DNA of 28,084 nucleotides, taken from positions 1 to 28,084 of the IMG/VR virus record IMGVR_UViG_3300048670_001122; one strand, 5' to 3'. The position numbers and the translations under genes were made by a program. This stretch comes from a virus (taxonomy: Duplodnaviria > Caudoviricetes). The notes below the pieces were generated by a model, which was not told the origin of the DNA, did no database searches, and was given only the letters and a program-made list of their open reading frames with translations. The stretch's first letter is position 1. The number at the start of each line of letters is the position of its first letter. Below, piece by piece: positions 1 to 10,660 of the stretch.

Positions 1-2255
1 CCACTATCTAGGACAAAGAAATCTGATCGGTTTGGATTTGTATTACTATATGTCGTACCTTGATAAACACCGCGAATCTTAGTTACATCAGCAATGCCGA
101 GACACCATGGGCCAGAAGTTGCAGTAGGATGAGTATTAGTTTGAATCTTTACATATCGATTTTTATTAATTGTTTTTGCTGCTTGTACAGCACCTGTTCT
201 AAACACATCATAATATATTGAAGCAACGAATGTAGATGCAAGATTAGTACCTAGATTAAATATAGCAGAAGAACCATCAGAGGCTACCGAAACGTTAGCT
301 GAGTCTTCTCTAGAGAAAGAAACAGGGACACCTGCTGGGAAAAAGCGAGAAATATTATTGCTCGCAAGAGACAAGGTGAATGCATTAGCTACAGACATAG
401 ATACATTGTTAGAAATAGTCGTAATTCTTCCAGTATTAAATGTAGACACACTTCCAATATAAACCCAATCACCAACTGCGTATTCTGTAGTAAAAGATGT
501 TCCCGATCCAGTAATAACATTAGAAGTACTTGTAATCGATACAACACCCGTAGAATTTGTTGCACGCGCAGATGTATTAGCAATTACTAAAAATCTTAAC
601 TCATTCGCTTCGGATAGAGAACCAGTCAAGGCAATTACATCTGTACCACCTGGATGTGATGTTGGTGGTGTTAGAGTCGCTGTACCATTTGCCTGGAATG
701 TGCGGGTTGTATTTGTCTTATAGAAAAAAGAAGTTGCAGTTGTATTGATATTGCGCACGGCATTACTGCCTAGATTAAAGATTAGATCGGGCGATGCTGT
801 TTCACGAAGAACAGCAACACCACTGGATGTTACAGTATCAGCATATGCTGCAACACCGGCTGAATTAGTTGCGTAGATTGAACGAACATCTTCAAAACTA
901 AAACCGCTTGCCGTTATTTTAATATCGAACAGATACATTTTATATTGACAATCAGGTGTACCTGGAGTTCCGGAAAAATGATCTAATGCTCGAATCTTTG
1001 CGGTACCAATCTGAGTTGCTGGAGCCGATCCACCTACGGTGTAATTAGCAGACGTTAATTTTGTCGAAGCAACGGCATATAAACCAACTTCATCTAAATT
1101 GTTAGTATCAAATGGTCCAGCCAATTCCTTCACATAGGTATAATTACCATAATTGGCTGTAATAATCTGATTGGGAAAATATACTGTATCAGTTCCCTTA
1201 CGAATATCAGTACGAACTTTATCCGAATATTCTACTCTATAACCTTGAACATAACCTAACCCTTTGCTAACCTCGAGGACGAGATTGTTTGAATTTGTCG
1301 TATTGGATACCACACTTAATTCAAACGGACTTACGATATAGTTACCAGATTCCTCATATGTACGACGGGCCATTTCTGCCGCGAGTTTTCCATACCTTGG
1401 ATCTTTCAATTGAATCGAAGGTTGTCCAGAATTAAAATTGATTATTGAGAAAAAATTAGATGTATTTGATACAGATTCTCTCACTGTTAAGACACCGGCT
1501 AGCTTTAGTCGATTAGCACCAGGTGCGTTATAATTAGTGGAACCAAGAGCATTATCAAATAAGGTAGGATCGGCATCTGCAGTCACAATTGATTCAGACA
1601 TAACAAACCCAACCGAAGAGTTGCCGGCATTAGTTGAGTACTTTGATACAACTACAGTCTGCGGATTTATACGAACGAAAAAACCATTCTTAAAAATGGT
1701 ACCTTCTGTAATCGACACTGCATAACCGCTGCCAACCGGAGAATATGAAGAATTAGCAATAGCAATAGAGGAAATAGTGACGTTTTCTGGAGAAACAACC
1801 GAAATCGGTTCGTCGGCATCGAATGTTTTCTGTTGAGAACCATTTGCGTAATTTGCTGAGTTAATATATTTGATATATAACGTATTCAGATTTGGACTAT
1901 TTGACTCTAGACCCTGGATCGAGTTTACAATAACTGCTTGTAGATTAGAAGATGATACAACTCTATTCCCAACAAAATCAGACACGGAAATAGTAGAACC
2001 AGCTACAGTCGTATCTGTTATTTTAATATAATTATAATTTTGTTCAAGACTTACACCACAACCATCCACAATGGAACCATCTTTGAAAATTTGACTTCCG
2101 AATTTATCGATCTGGTCTTGTAGGATTGTTTGTAATTGAGTTAGTTCTCTAGCTTGAACTGCAGTGCCAGGTCTAAACAAGACTCTATGAAAATTATTAT
2201 TTGCATCATAATCATCAAAATATGGTGTTGCATCAAAATTTGTCTCTAAAGGCAT
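1..2255 (-). CDS. Large virion structural protein, DUF4815/VrlC-like (partial, continues past window start)
   Basis: Not in ORF track (no stop in window). ATG at 2255 preceded by SD AAGAGGA; reads MPLETNFDATPYFDDYDANNNFHRVLFRPGTAVQARELTQLQTILQDQIDKFG, with later segments GSTNYNAPGANRLKL, MARRTYEESGNY, GPWCLGIADV and FFVLDSG; motifs typical of DUF4815 proteins of T4-like phages. Confidence 0.88.
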   Translation of the reverse strand, partial: MPLETNFDATPYFDDYDANNNFHRVLFRPGTAVQARELTQLQTILQDQIDKFGSQIFKDGSIVDGCGVSLEQNYNYIKITDTTVAGSTISVSDFVGNRVVSSSNLQAVIVNSIQGLESNSPNLNTLYIKYINSANYANGSQQKTFDADEPISVVSPENVTISSIAIANSSYSPVGSGYAVSITEGTIFKNGFFVRINPQTVVVSKYSTNAGNSSVGFVMSESIVTADADPTLFDNALGSTNYNAPGANRLKLAGVLTVRESVSNTSNFFSIINFNSGQPSIQLKDPRYGKLAAEMARRTYEESGNYIVSPFELSVVSNTTNSNNLVLEVSKGLGYVQGYRVEYSDKVRTDIRKGTDTVYFPNQIITANYGNYTYVKELAGPFDTNNLDEVGLYAVASTKLTSANYTVGGSAPATQIGTAKIRALDHFSGTPGTPDCQYKMYLFDIKITASGFSFEDVRSIYATNSAGVAAYADTVTSSGVAVLRETASPDLIFNLGSNAVRNINTTATSFFYKTNTTRTFQANGTATLTPPTSHPGGTDVIALTGSLSEANELRFLVIANTSARATNSTGVVSITSTSNVITGSGTSFTTEYAVGDWVYIGSVSTFNTGRITTISNNVSMSVANAFTLSLASNNISRFFPAGVPVSFSREDSANVSVASDGSSAIFNLGTNLASTFVASIYYDVFRTGAVQAAKTINKNRYVKIQTNTHPTATSGPWCLGIADVTKIRGVYQGTTYSNTNPNRSDFFVLDS

Positions 2256-2270
2256 CCAGATATTCCTCTT

Positions 2271-5200
2271 TTAAAATTTAATTATAATTCTTATTTCTTC
2301 GGTCGTAGATGTAGTTCTATGTATAACTGAATTGGAAGCTTCTGTATAGATTACCCTACCAGAATTTCTTATAAGATCAGGATTAGTGGTCAAACTTACA
2401 ATGCCCTGGGCTGCCGAATTTTGTCCAGTGATGGATGAAGCCCCTACTTGAAAATTATTCCCTTCGATATCGGAAAGAATAAGAACAGATCTGACCTGTT
2501 GAATCGTTGCATTAGCGCCAATTCCATTAACAATCACATTGTTACCAGAAAATGAAGCTGAATTGGAAACACTTGTAACTTTAATATAAGATGTATTAGC
2601 AAATGTTACCTTACCATTAGCAGATGTATTAGAATTTGTAACAGTATCACCAACTGAAAAATTACCAGATGTTAACGAAATTGTAAGATCAATATCGCTT
2701 GTCTTATTTATAACCCTACCTTTAGCGTTTGTATTTGTCTGAACTACATATTCAAATGTCTGGAATGATCCCGTTACACTCGATAGTGTAACTCTTGATG
2801 TTTGATTAAATCTATTAGCAAATGTAGTTGTTATATCCTTTGTTCCATCCGAGGTTTTAATCTGTGTAATTGTGGCTTGAGCATTAGATGTGAATCCTGA
2901 AATTACCATACCATTGGCAAACTGACCTATGACATCGGTTAAATATACAGTGTTACTTTGTGATGAAACCACTCTAGCTCTAGCGCCTGTATTTGCTTGT
3001 GTAATAGTCTCATTTGATACAAATGTTTTGGTTGCAACAGAGACCACATTTGCAATGGAACCTGAACTATATGCGTATAGCGTATTAGATTGTACGAATG
3101 TACCTCTAACATCTTTCAACTGCAGGACCGTAGAGTTACCGGATACAACGATACCGGTAGCATTTGAGGTATTCTGAACAACCACTTCGTTTTCTGTCCA
3201 AATACCAGTTTGTGATGAAAGTCCTAATTGAACTCTTGTAAAATTTGACACCGTAAGAGTCGTATTAGCAAACTCTGGGGTATTTAAAATACCAATTTTT
3301 CTAAATGAAATTGTTGAAGGATAATACCAACTTTCACTCGACAACGCATTGAACTTTGTAGATATAGCAGCATATCTTCCTCCTAGCTCACGAACAGGAT
3401 CTGATCCATGACCATTAACAGGGGAGATTACAGGAGAAATCACCGCATTTGATCCATATAGTGTATTTGCATACACTTGGACATTTGCAAATGTATATCC
3501 AGATCCTGGATTAATCACTGTAATTCTTGAGATACTATTACTCGATCCAATAGATGTATTGACATCCGCAATTGCAATAGCACCAGTACCATCACCTGTT
3601 ATCTTGACAGTAGGTCCAATATAATACTCAATACTATTTTCACTAAGATCTACTGAACCGATCAATTGTGCAATACCCGAATTTCCACCTGCCGGTGTTA
3701 CAAAATCAACTAGTTGGCCCATGACGAAGTCGCCAATTGGATTTTTAACTGTAATATTAGGTCTAGAATCGATTGTCGAAATATCAGAAATAAGAGCAGA
3801 GGAATCACCTCTAACTCTCTGATTTACTAACCATGTGCCTTGAATTGATGATATGAACAGAGCAGACGAATTAGAATATGCAACCGTTCCGTTAGCATTC
3901 AATGATGCATTAGACGAATCAACTAACTTTACTTTTTCTCCGATTATAAAAAAAGCGCCGTTAACCGAGGTATTAGTAATTGCAATAGTTATTGAGTCCA
4001 AATTAGTATTAGAGATAATACCATTTGCCTGTTGAACAACAATAGATGTAGGCAAAGCGGCTGTAGATATCTTAAATGTATTAGCACTCGAGATAGTATT
4101 TACGAATCCTTTATTAACTACTATAACAGTCGAATTTACAGATTCAATTTTTCTAATATTTGAGTTAGCATTTTCTCCGATTCGAATAAAATCGTTATTA
4201 GAATAATCACTAGTAAATGTTGCACCTGAAGCGGCATTTGTAGCATATAAAGCTCTAGGTAGTATTCTTGCTATTGCTGAAATGCCTTGCAATACGTGTC
4301 CAGTTTGATTCAATCCTGGTGTTAGTGGCAATCGATTACCTGCCGCTGTGTTTGATGTATTTGAAAGAGCAATTGTTGTTGCATTAGCAAATTGTATGAA
4401 ATAAGTTGTATTATTTGATAGACCGGTAATTACTGTATTACCGGCGTTTACATTATATCTGATTCTATCCCCTTGAACAAATGCAGCTGCACTTGATAGA
4501 GTAATTACGTTATTGCTGCCTTCACCTGTTCCGCCGGTGACGGCTGTACTTGAATTAAATGTTTGCGCGACTGGTGCCGCTACTATTACAGATGGTTCTG
4601 TAATATAATTGTTACCAGCATTGGTTATATTAATAGCTATAATTTTACCGGTCGAATTAGCTTGAGCATTCGCCGTAGCACTGGAACCTGTATTTGATGT
4701 GATCGTAACAGTTGTGTTCGATGTATATCCGCTACCATTGGCTAAAACTACTGATAGTGTGAGTATACTAGAGTTTGAAATGTTGGCTTTATCGGTTTTT
4801 ACAGTACCCGAATCGTTAACATTTCTAAATGGATCATCGATCAATAATTGTTGACTCTTATTAAGTCTAGACACTCTTAGAGCTGTTGTATTTGCTGTAA
4901 GAACCGAAGCCACAATACCCGTATCTGTTTGAACAATTGTATCATTAATATTAAAATAACCGACAGATAAAGTGAAAAATAGAGTGTCAATAATTTGTTT
5001 TACAGATTCACCTACAGTGCCACCTGTAATCAAAGATGAATTAGCAAAATCCAATCTTAAAAAAGAATCCACAGGAGACGATAATATTGCAGTCTTTGTC
5101 GATCCAATATAACTAGAAATTTCTCTGACTTGTCCTGCACCAAACCCCGACTTCAAGTAAATCGATGAATTTGCATAGTAATTATTAAGTGCAGATGAAT

Positions 5201-5876
5201 TATCTGGTAATTTGATCGAATTATTATCGATAATTGATTCTAGAAAACCAGTTTCATATACGGAATAGCCTATGCCATTGTTTACAAGTCTTAATACATC
5301 GATTGTACCAGGTACGGCGCCAGCAATAATATTTGTATTTGAAATAACTGGAATAAAATTAGCCGACGTAAATTTGGTGTTAGCAGTAACATCTACGGTA
5401 TACATGTATTTCCATGTATACCCATCACCAGTCTTAAACGTGCCGGTTGTTGACTGCAATGTAGGCTTTACAATTGAAGAGGTATTTCCGTTATTATCAA
5501 TACATTTGAAAACGTTGTATTGATCATTATTATCGGTTGTAACAACATAAAAATTCTTGGAATATAAATTTGCATCTCTTTGATCATAATTTGCATATAC
5601 AGTATTTGTTGTCCAGGTATAGCGAGGAACGACATGTATAACATCTGTATTACTTATTAGTTTACCATATAAAAGATCGCGATATACGTCAAGCTCCACT
5701 TGATTCACAGAGTTGTTAACAACTTCAACCGCAGTATCATCCGCACTTCCTGCAGCATTGGTCCATGGTTGAGGTCTGGCTGTGTAGACATAGTATGTTG
5801 ATTCTTTGTTTTTTACTGAATCGATAAATGAATTTGCTTTATCTACATAGTGATTGATTGTTAGTTGTGAATTCAT
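2271..5876 (-). CDS. gp8: Baseplate wedge subunit gp8-like, enlarged (1201 aa)
   Basis: N-terminal gp8 motifs YVYTARPQPW, VVPRYTW, FYVV..YNVFKCIDN, KPT..TGDGYTWKYMYT; later GHGSDPVRELG, FRKIGIL and C-terminal SGRVIY..EEIRIIIKF; follows gp7 and gp6 in the operon. Confidence 0.85.
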   Translation of the reverse strand: MNSQLTINHYVDKANSFIDSVKNKESTYYVYTARPQPWTNAAGSADDTAVEVVNNSVNQVELDVYRDLLYGKLISNTDVIHVVPRYTWTTNTVYANYDQRDANLYSKNFYVVTTDNNDQYNVFKCIDNNGNTSSIVKPTLQSTTGTFKTGDGYTWKYMYTVDVTANTKFTSANFIPVISNTNIIAGAVPGTIDVLRLVNNGIGYSVYETGFLESIIDNNSIKLPDNSSALNNYYANSSIYLKSGFGAGQVREISSYIGSTKTAILSSPVDSFLRLDFANSSLITGGTVGESVKQIIDTLFFTLSVGYFNINDTIVQTDTGIVASVLTANTTALRVSRLNKSQQLLIDDPFRNVNDSGTVKTDKANISNSSILTLSVVLANGSGYTSNTTVTITSNTGSSATANAQANSTGKIIAINITNAGNNYITEPSVIVAAPVAQTFNSSTAVTGGTGEGSNNVITLSSAAAFVQGDRIRYNVNAGNTVITGLSNNTTYFIQFANATTIALSNTSNTAAGNRLPLTPGLNQTGHVLQGISAIARILPRALYATNAASGATFTSDYSNNDFIRIGENANSNIRKIESVNSTVIVVNKGFVNTISSANTFKISTAALPTSIVVQQANGIISNTNLDSITIAITNTSVNGAFFIIGEKVKLVDSSNASLNANGTVAYSNSSALFISSIQGTWLVNQRVRGDSSALISDISTIDSRPNITVKNPIGDFVMGQLVDFVTPAGGNSGIAQLIGSVDLSENSIEYYIGPTVKITGDGTGAIAIADVNTSIGSSNSISRITVINPGSGYTFANVQVYANTLYGSNAVISPVISPVNGHGSDPVRELGGRYAAISTKFNALSSESWYYPSTISFRKIGILNTPEFANTTLTVSNFTRVQLGLSSQTGIWTENEVVVQNTSNATGIVVSGNSTVLQLKDVRGTFVQSNTLYAYSSGSIANVVSVATKTFVSNETITQANTGARARVVSSQSNTVYLTDVIGQFANGMVISGFTSNAQATITQIKTSDGTKDITTTFANRFNQTSRVTLSSVTGSFQTFEYVVQTNTNAKGRVINKTSDIDLTISLTSGNFSVGDTVTNSNTSANGKVTFANTSYIKVTSVSNSASFSGNNVIVNGIGANATIQQVRSVLILSDIEGNNFQVGASSITGQNSAAQGIVSLTTNPDLIRNSGRVIYTEASNSVIHRTTSTTEEIRIIIKF

Positions 5877-5888
5877 TTCTTTTATCGC

Positions 5889-8135
5889 TTACTGTTGTAA
5901 AATTGAAGATTGAACGATTACATCGATATCAGTATTAACATAATCTATAGCACGATAGGCACCAAATAAAGCAATACCGGCGGGATGAATAAGATCTCTG
6001 ACGAGTGTTTCATATGATGAAAGCATTCTTTCGGCTATTATCTGGTATGAATAGTTTTGATAAAAAAATCCATCTTGTATGTACATTTCACCACTTGAAA
6101 AACTCTTCCTATTCAACCACTTGCCTTGGCTTTTACCTGCCTTATAAACAATTGAAATACCTCTTGCAATACTTGGATTAGTATTACTCACCAATGTCAA
6201 ATTCTCGTTTTCTGAGTATCCGAATCCTGAATCTGTAATTTCTATACCAGTTATAGCACCATTACTACCAGAAATCGTTGATGTTATAATTGCATTATTC
6301 CCTTTTTGTGTAAGATTAGAATCAAGCAAATAAAGCGATGCAATTTCAGGTTCCACGACTGTTATATATGGGGTAGTGAAGTAGTTTAATCCAGGATTCA
6401 CTTGTGATAAAGATGCAATGGTGCCAACTTCAACTGTTGTCAACGCTAATCCGTTTTGAATCAAAGTATCTAGATTATCATAATTTGAAATTGATCCTTG
6501 AAGATTCCAATCTGTTAATCTCACCACATCTGATATAGTTGCAGTAGCGGAACTGGTAATATCTGTTATTGTTGATGATTGAACGAAATAACCACTTTGC
6601 AAATTAACAACAATTGAAGTAGCGTTAACACTCGCTATAGCAGCATTCGCAATTGACTGTTGTTTAACCGGTTTATTTATTAATTGAAAGACTGATGATG
6701 TAGTATTGCTAATCAAAATTGTACCAGCAACAAGATTTGCGTTAGTTAAATTGGAATCTGGTCCGGTACAAAATACCAATGATTCATCTGATCTATAAAC
6801 AAACAAATTTGAAATGCCTAATGTTGTATTTGATAAGGATTCACCCTTCGTTATATTATTAGGTGTTACGGTAATTCCTTCAAGATGTAATACATTAGCA
6901 CTTCCTTGAACAGTATCAGACACGGAAAATACACCTGATGTACCTGTTATAGCTATCTGTAATGTATTTGATAAGGAATCTAAATTCAATGTTAGATAAG
7001 AATCTATTAATGTATTGTTATAGGATATGATTTCTTTATTAGTTATAGAACCAACACTAAAATTACCATCGAAACCTGTACCGCCGATAACACGTGTTAT
7101 CGTAGCATTTCCAAATGGACCTAATAGTTTTCCATTAATTTGAAAACTTGGAGATGTTGAGAAACCAATCAGACTCACTGCAGATGAATTAGAAAATACA
7201 ACGGATCCATTAGCCCCGGTAACTGAATCGGTAACAACATCTCCAGAGTTTATAAACCCTAATTGACCAGCAATATTTAAATTTAGTGTTGTAGTAACTG
7301 ATACAACTGCATTTGTTGTATAGCCACTCCCGCCATTGCCGATGGTAAATTGTAAAGCACCTACATATCCATCAATTACGGATGATACTCGACCTTTTGC
7401 ATCTATACCACCGGACTCTCCTAATACGTTAATAAGATCGCCAACAGAATAATCCGTACCTCCTTGAGATATAGCTACTGCAGTCAAAGAACCAGTTATA
7501 CGAATGGCTTCATTTAAACTAATAAATTCTTCCGATGTTTGATATACGCGATCACCGCGTGAGAATTCACCTCGGATTGATGACAATTCAAGAATGTTAA
7601 TTGTTTTATAGTTAGCAATTTTTGAGCTCACATTCTCAACAACGGCGGATGCTGTATTACTAGTATTTTGTATTTGGGTTCCAGCTAATTGATTGATATT
7701 AGGATGGGATGTCACCTCAATATATCTTGGGACTTTCCATACATTATCTGATGGCTTAAAAATGTATTCATTAGGAACGTATACATCTATATCTTCGCCA
7801 AATACTATTCTGAACAAGAGTTCATATGCACGTTTCGACCCTTTTGCTTTGTAAAGGTCAGTAATGTGTTTCAACAGCAATCTTTTGTCCGTGACTATAG
7901 ATTCTGGAATCTTGGACATCAATTCGGATTTAAAGTATTTAATAAATTGTTCTTGAGTTACATCTATATCTCTATAGTTAAGCAATGAACGCGCGTGTCC
8001 AATCGCCTGTGCATCTTGTTCGAGCCATTCATAATAAGCTTTAACAAACGCAATAAAGTTAGGACCCTCTGTCTTATAGAACGATGGAAACTGTTGCTGA
8101 ATAAAGGGCGATATAAACTTTTCTATTGAGCTCAA
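5889..8135 (-). CDS. gp7: Baseplate wedge subunit gp7-like (wedge initiator)
   Basis: QQFPSFY..FIAFVKAYYEWLE, LYKAKGSKRAYELLFRIVFG and C-terminal QDGFFYQNYSYQI..IHPAGIALFG; 4-nt overlap with the gp6 stop. Confidence 0.78.
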   Translation of the reverse strand: MSSIEKFISPFIQQQFPSFYKTEGPNFIAFVKAYYEWLEQDAQAIGHARSLLNYRDIDVTQEQFIKYFKSELMSKIPESIVTDKRLLLKHITDLYKAKGSKRAYELLFRIVFGEDIDVYVPNEYIFKPSDNVWKVPRYIEVTSHPNINQLAGTQIQNTSNTASAVVENVSSKIANYKTINILELSSIRGEFSRGDRVYQTSEEFISLNEAIRITGSLTAVAISQGGTDYSVGDLINVLGESGGIDAKGRVSSVIDGYVGALQFTIGNGGSGYTTNAVVSVTTTLNLNIAGQLGFINSGDVVTDSVTGANGSVVFSNSSAVSLIGFSTSPSFQINGKLLGPFGNATITRVIGGTGFDGNFSVGSITNKEIISYNNTLIDSYLTLNLDSLSNTLQIAITGTSGVFSVSDTVQGSANVLHLEGITVTPNNITKGESLSNTTLGISNLFVYRSDESLVFCTGPDSNLTNANLVAGTILISNTTSSVFQLINKPVKQQSIANAAIASVNATSIVVNLQSGYFVQSSTITDITSSATATISDVVRLTDWNLQGSISNYDNLDTLIQNGLALTTVEVGTIASLSQVNPGLNYFTTPYITVVEPEIASLYLLDSNLTQKGNNAIITSTISGSNGAITGIEITDSGFGYSENENLTLVSNTNPSIARGISIVYKAGKSQGKWLNRKSFSSGEMYIQDGFFYQNYSYQIIAERMLSSYETLVRDLIHPAGIALFGAYRAIDYVNTDIDVIVQSSILQQ

Positions 8136-9955
8136 CCGTCAACACTCCGGATATTTACTTGTATCCCAGCCTGCACATCAATAGCTATGGCATCGTTTTC
8201 TTTTGAAGATACATCTTGGAATAATGGTTTTGCAGAAAATTCCAACCCCGTCTTACCTTCGAAAGAGGTGAACTGTATAGAATTAATAGTAACTGTGCCT
8301 GCCACATAATCAATAGTACCGGAATTTTGGTATGATATCGAAGCTGGGTTAGTAATGTCTTTAATATAGACAACATTACTCGTATTATTTATGACTGTCT
8401 TGCCATCAATTATATTTACGACTAAGGTATTATTATTAGGATTAAAATCCGTATATTGATATCTTTTACCTAGTGATAAAAATTCGCTAGAAATAAGTGT
8501 TCCTGGTACAATTTCATTACGAAACGCTATTGACGGAAATGAGCGTTCGAACACTTCCGACTCAAAGATTTTTTTAATCATGATCTCGGATTGATTACCT
8601 ATTACCGATGCATCAATATCATTGATGATATTTTCTAGTCTTGATAAATTCAATTCAGTATTGAAATTTAAAAGCTCATCGTTATTATAGGTTTGTATAG
8701 CTTGTTTGCAAAGTGACTGTATATCGATATCGGAAAGTATAGTTGCACGACTGTTATATTTAACGTTAGTTGTTATTAACACATACAAGTAATCTGGATC
8801 GACTATAACTGGAGTGATTCCAATAGTCGTTCTTGGTTTTAGAAAGGTTTCAATAGAATTTTTTTCTGTTTGTGACAAAATAGCACCAGAATAGGTAATA
8901 GGAGCAATTAGAACTGTTCCGAATTTTGGTGTACCTAGAGCTAATTCGCCCCCATATACGTATACATTTTTGATATTCTGATATTGCTGTGTTATTATAG
9001 CAGAGAAGTCGTTTGTGGTAATCGCCCGTTCTTGTGTTTGAAAATATCTAGGTGCGTTAAATCTAATAGACTCTAATGTCTCAGCGCCAGCTCCACCAGA
9101 ACTTGGATTAATTACTGTAATCGTAGATGAGATAGATCCAATACCATTGACAGGTCCTAGATTATCATCAAGAGTGAGGTTAGTTGATCCATCAGCATTT
9201 GCACCTGAACACACTCTATACTCCGAGTATATCACTGAATTATCGAGTGGCTTACGTCCAAATACACCATCACCAAATACAATCTCATATCTAGTATCTT
9301 CAGTTGCTTGCAAGAAGTAAATAGATGAATTTGCCTTAAGCCCATATAGATTTTCAGCTTTGGTCAAATATGTATTAACCTGCCCATCGTTCTCGGATAG
9401 TAAAATAGTCAACGAGTCTGTATCAATATTATCGTTTGACATAATGAATCTTTGCGCCTCAATTGATTCATCCACAACAAAAGCCTCAGTTAAATATCTA
9501 CCCTCATAGATGCTGACATTAGCTTGAAAGACTCCGTTTGCTGGATAAATAATATATCCTTTATCAGTTGAATACTGGAATGTTCCATTACTAGATTTAC
9601 CGGTAAATTTTGTACCGAATGGGATAGTAAATGATGAAAGATTGGATTGTTGAATCCGAATATTAATCAAAGCTTGAGATGATTTTGCTGATCTTGGTAT
9701 ATAATTTAGTTCTTTAGAGCGAGAAATAACACTATTTCGAAGTTGAGCAGAATCCAAGAACATCTCTGATACAGCCATATTCATGTAAAACGCGTTTAAA
9801 TGTGTATTATATGAAAGAATATCCAATAATACAGACATATTAGATCCATCAAAATCGTAGTCACTAAACTGTGATTGTGATTTTAAATAGGTCTTGAGAT
9901 TTGCTTTTAATGTATCAAAGTCAAGATTTACGAGACTAATTGAATTATTTGCCAT
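8132..9955 (-). CDS. gp6: Baseplate wedge subunit gp6
   Basis: LDFDTLKANLKTYL..DYDFDGSNMSVLLDILSYNT..FLDSAQLRNSV, FGDGVFG, ETLESIRFNAP..QERAITTND. Confidence 0.93.
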   Translation of the reverse strand: MANNSISLVNLDFDTLKANLKTYLKSQSQFSDYDFDGSNMSVLLDILSYNTHLNAFYMNMAVSEMFLDSAQLRNSVISRSKELNYIPRSAKSSQALINIRIQQSNLSSFTIPFGTKFTGKSSNGTFQYSTDKGYIIYPANGVFQANVSIYEGRYLTEAFVVDESIEAQRFIMSNDNIDTDSLTILLSENDGQVNTYLTKAENLYGLKANSSIYFLQATEDTRYEIVFGDGVFGRKPLDNSVIYSEYRVCSGANADGSTNLTLDDNLGPVNGIGSISSTITVINPSSGGAGAETLESIRFNAPRYFQTQERAITTNDFSAIITQQYQNIKNVYVYGGELALGTPKFGTVLIAPITYSGAILSQTEKNSIETFLKPRTTIGITPVIVDPDYLYVLITTNVKYNSRATILSDIDIQSLCKQAIQTYNNDELLNFNTELNLSRLENIINDIDASVIGNQSEIMIKKIFESEVFERSFPSIAFRNEIVPGTLISSEFLSLGKRYQYTDFNPNNNTLVVNIIDGKTVINNTSNVVYIKDITNPASISYQNSGTIDYVAGTVTINSIQFTSFEGKTGLEFSAKPLFQDVSSKENDAIAIDVQAGIQVNIRSVDG

Positions 9956-9957
9956 TC

Positions 9958-10380
9958 TTAACGTACTCGTCTAAGGATCAGATTTAAACTCTGAGGTGTA
10001 ATACTATTTATTATAGAAAAAATAAGATTTACTGCTAAACGATCTTCTTCTGGATAATTATAAATTTGTACAGAAAGTAAATTGACTCTCGGTTCATGAA
10101 ATCGTATGGCATTTGTTATAGCATTTCTTAAATTTTCTTGAAGAATAACATCATTTGGTTCAAATAGAGAATTATTAACATCTGAACCAAAATTCGGATT
10201 AAATCTTCTTTCACCTAAACTAGTCAATAGTAAATTTTTTAGTGCTTGTTTTATTGACTGTTCGTTTTTTACACGAACAAGATCTTTGGTAATTGGGTGT
10301 GGTGTAAGATCATCAAGGAAATCCGAAAACAGATCCGGTACTAACTTTGTTTGTGTAAAATTATCGGCTCTTGTTGACAT
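9958..10380 (-). CDS. gp25: Baseplate wedge subunit gp25 (GPW/gp25 family)
   Basis: SIKQALKNLLLTSLGERRFNPNFGS..LFEP..HEPRV. Confidence 0.92.
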   Translation of the reverse strand: MSTRADNFTQTKLVPDLFSDFLDDLTPHPITKDLVRVKNEQSIKQALKNLLLTSLGERRFNPNFGSDVNNSLFEPNDVILQENLRNAITNAIRFHEPRVNLLSVQIYNYPEEDRLAVNLIFSIINSITPQSLNLILRRVR

Positions 10381-10384
10381 TTAA

Positions 10385-10651
10385 TTATCCTCCGGAAACA
10401 TCTGATAATGAAGAAATCACTGTGTGACCACAAGACGCTACATCTCCATTTCGAACTACTGCTCTCCCATTAACAAACACTTTACTAGAACCAGTTATCA
10501 TTATCGCACTGTTATGTGCTCCCCCACCACTGTGGGGGGTTACAGCATCGCCAATTAATGCTATTTTCTTACCATGCGCGAAAACATTGGAAGAGCTACC
10601 AATTACGGCACCGGTTCCAACTCTATCTCCATCTACACATATACCCGCCAT
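10385..10651 (-). CDS. PAAR-repeat spike tip protein (gp5.4-like)
   Basis: 88 aa with ALIGDAVTPH, GSSKVFVNGRAVVRNGD and SCGH (His/Cys metal ligands); directly downstream of the gp5 beta-helix gene. Confidence 0.88.
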   Translation of the reverse strand: MAGICVDGDRVGTGAVIGSSSNVFAHGKKIALIGDAVTPHSGGGAHNSAIMITGSSKVFVNGRAVVRNGDVASCGHTVISSLSDVSGG

Positions 10652-10660
10652 ATTTGATCC

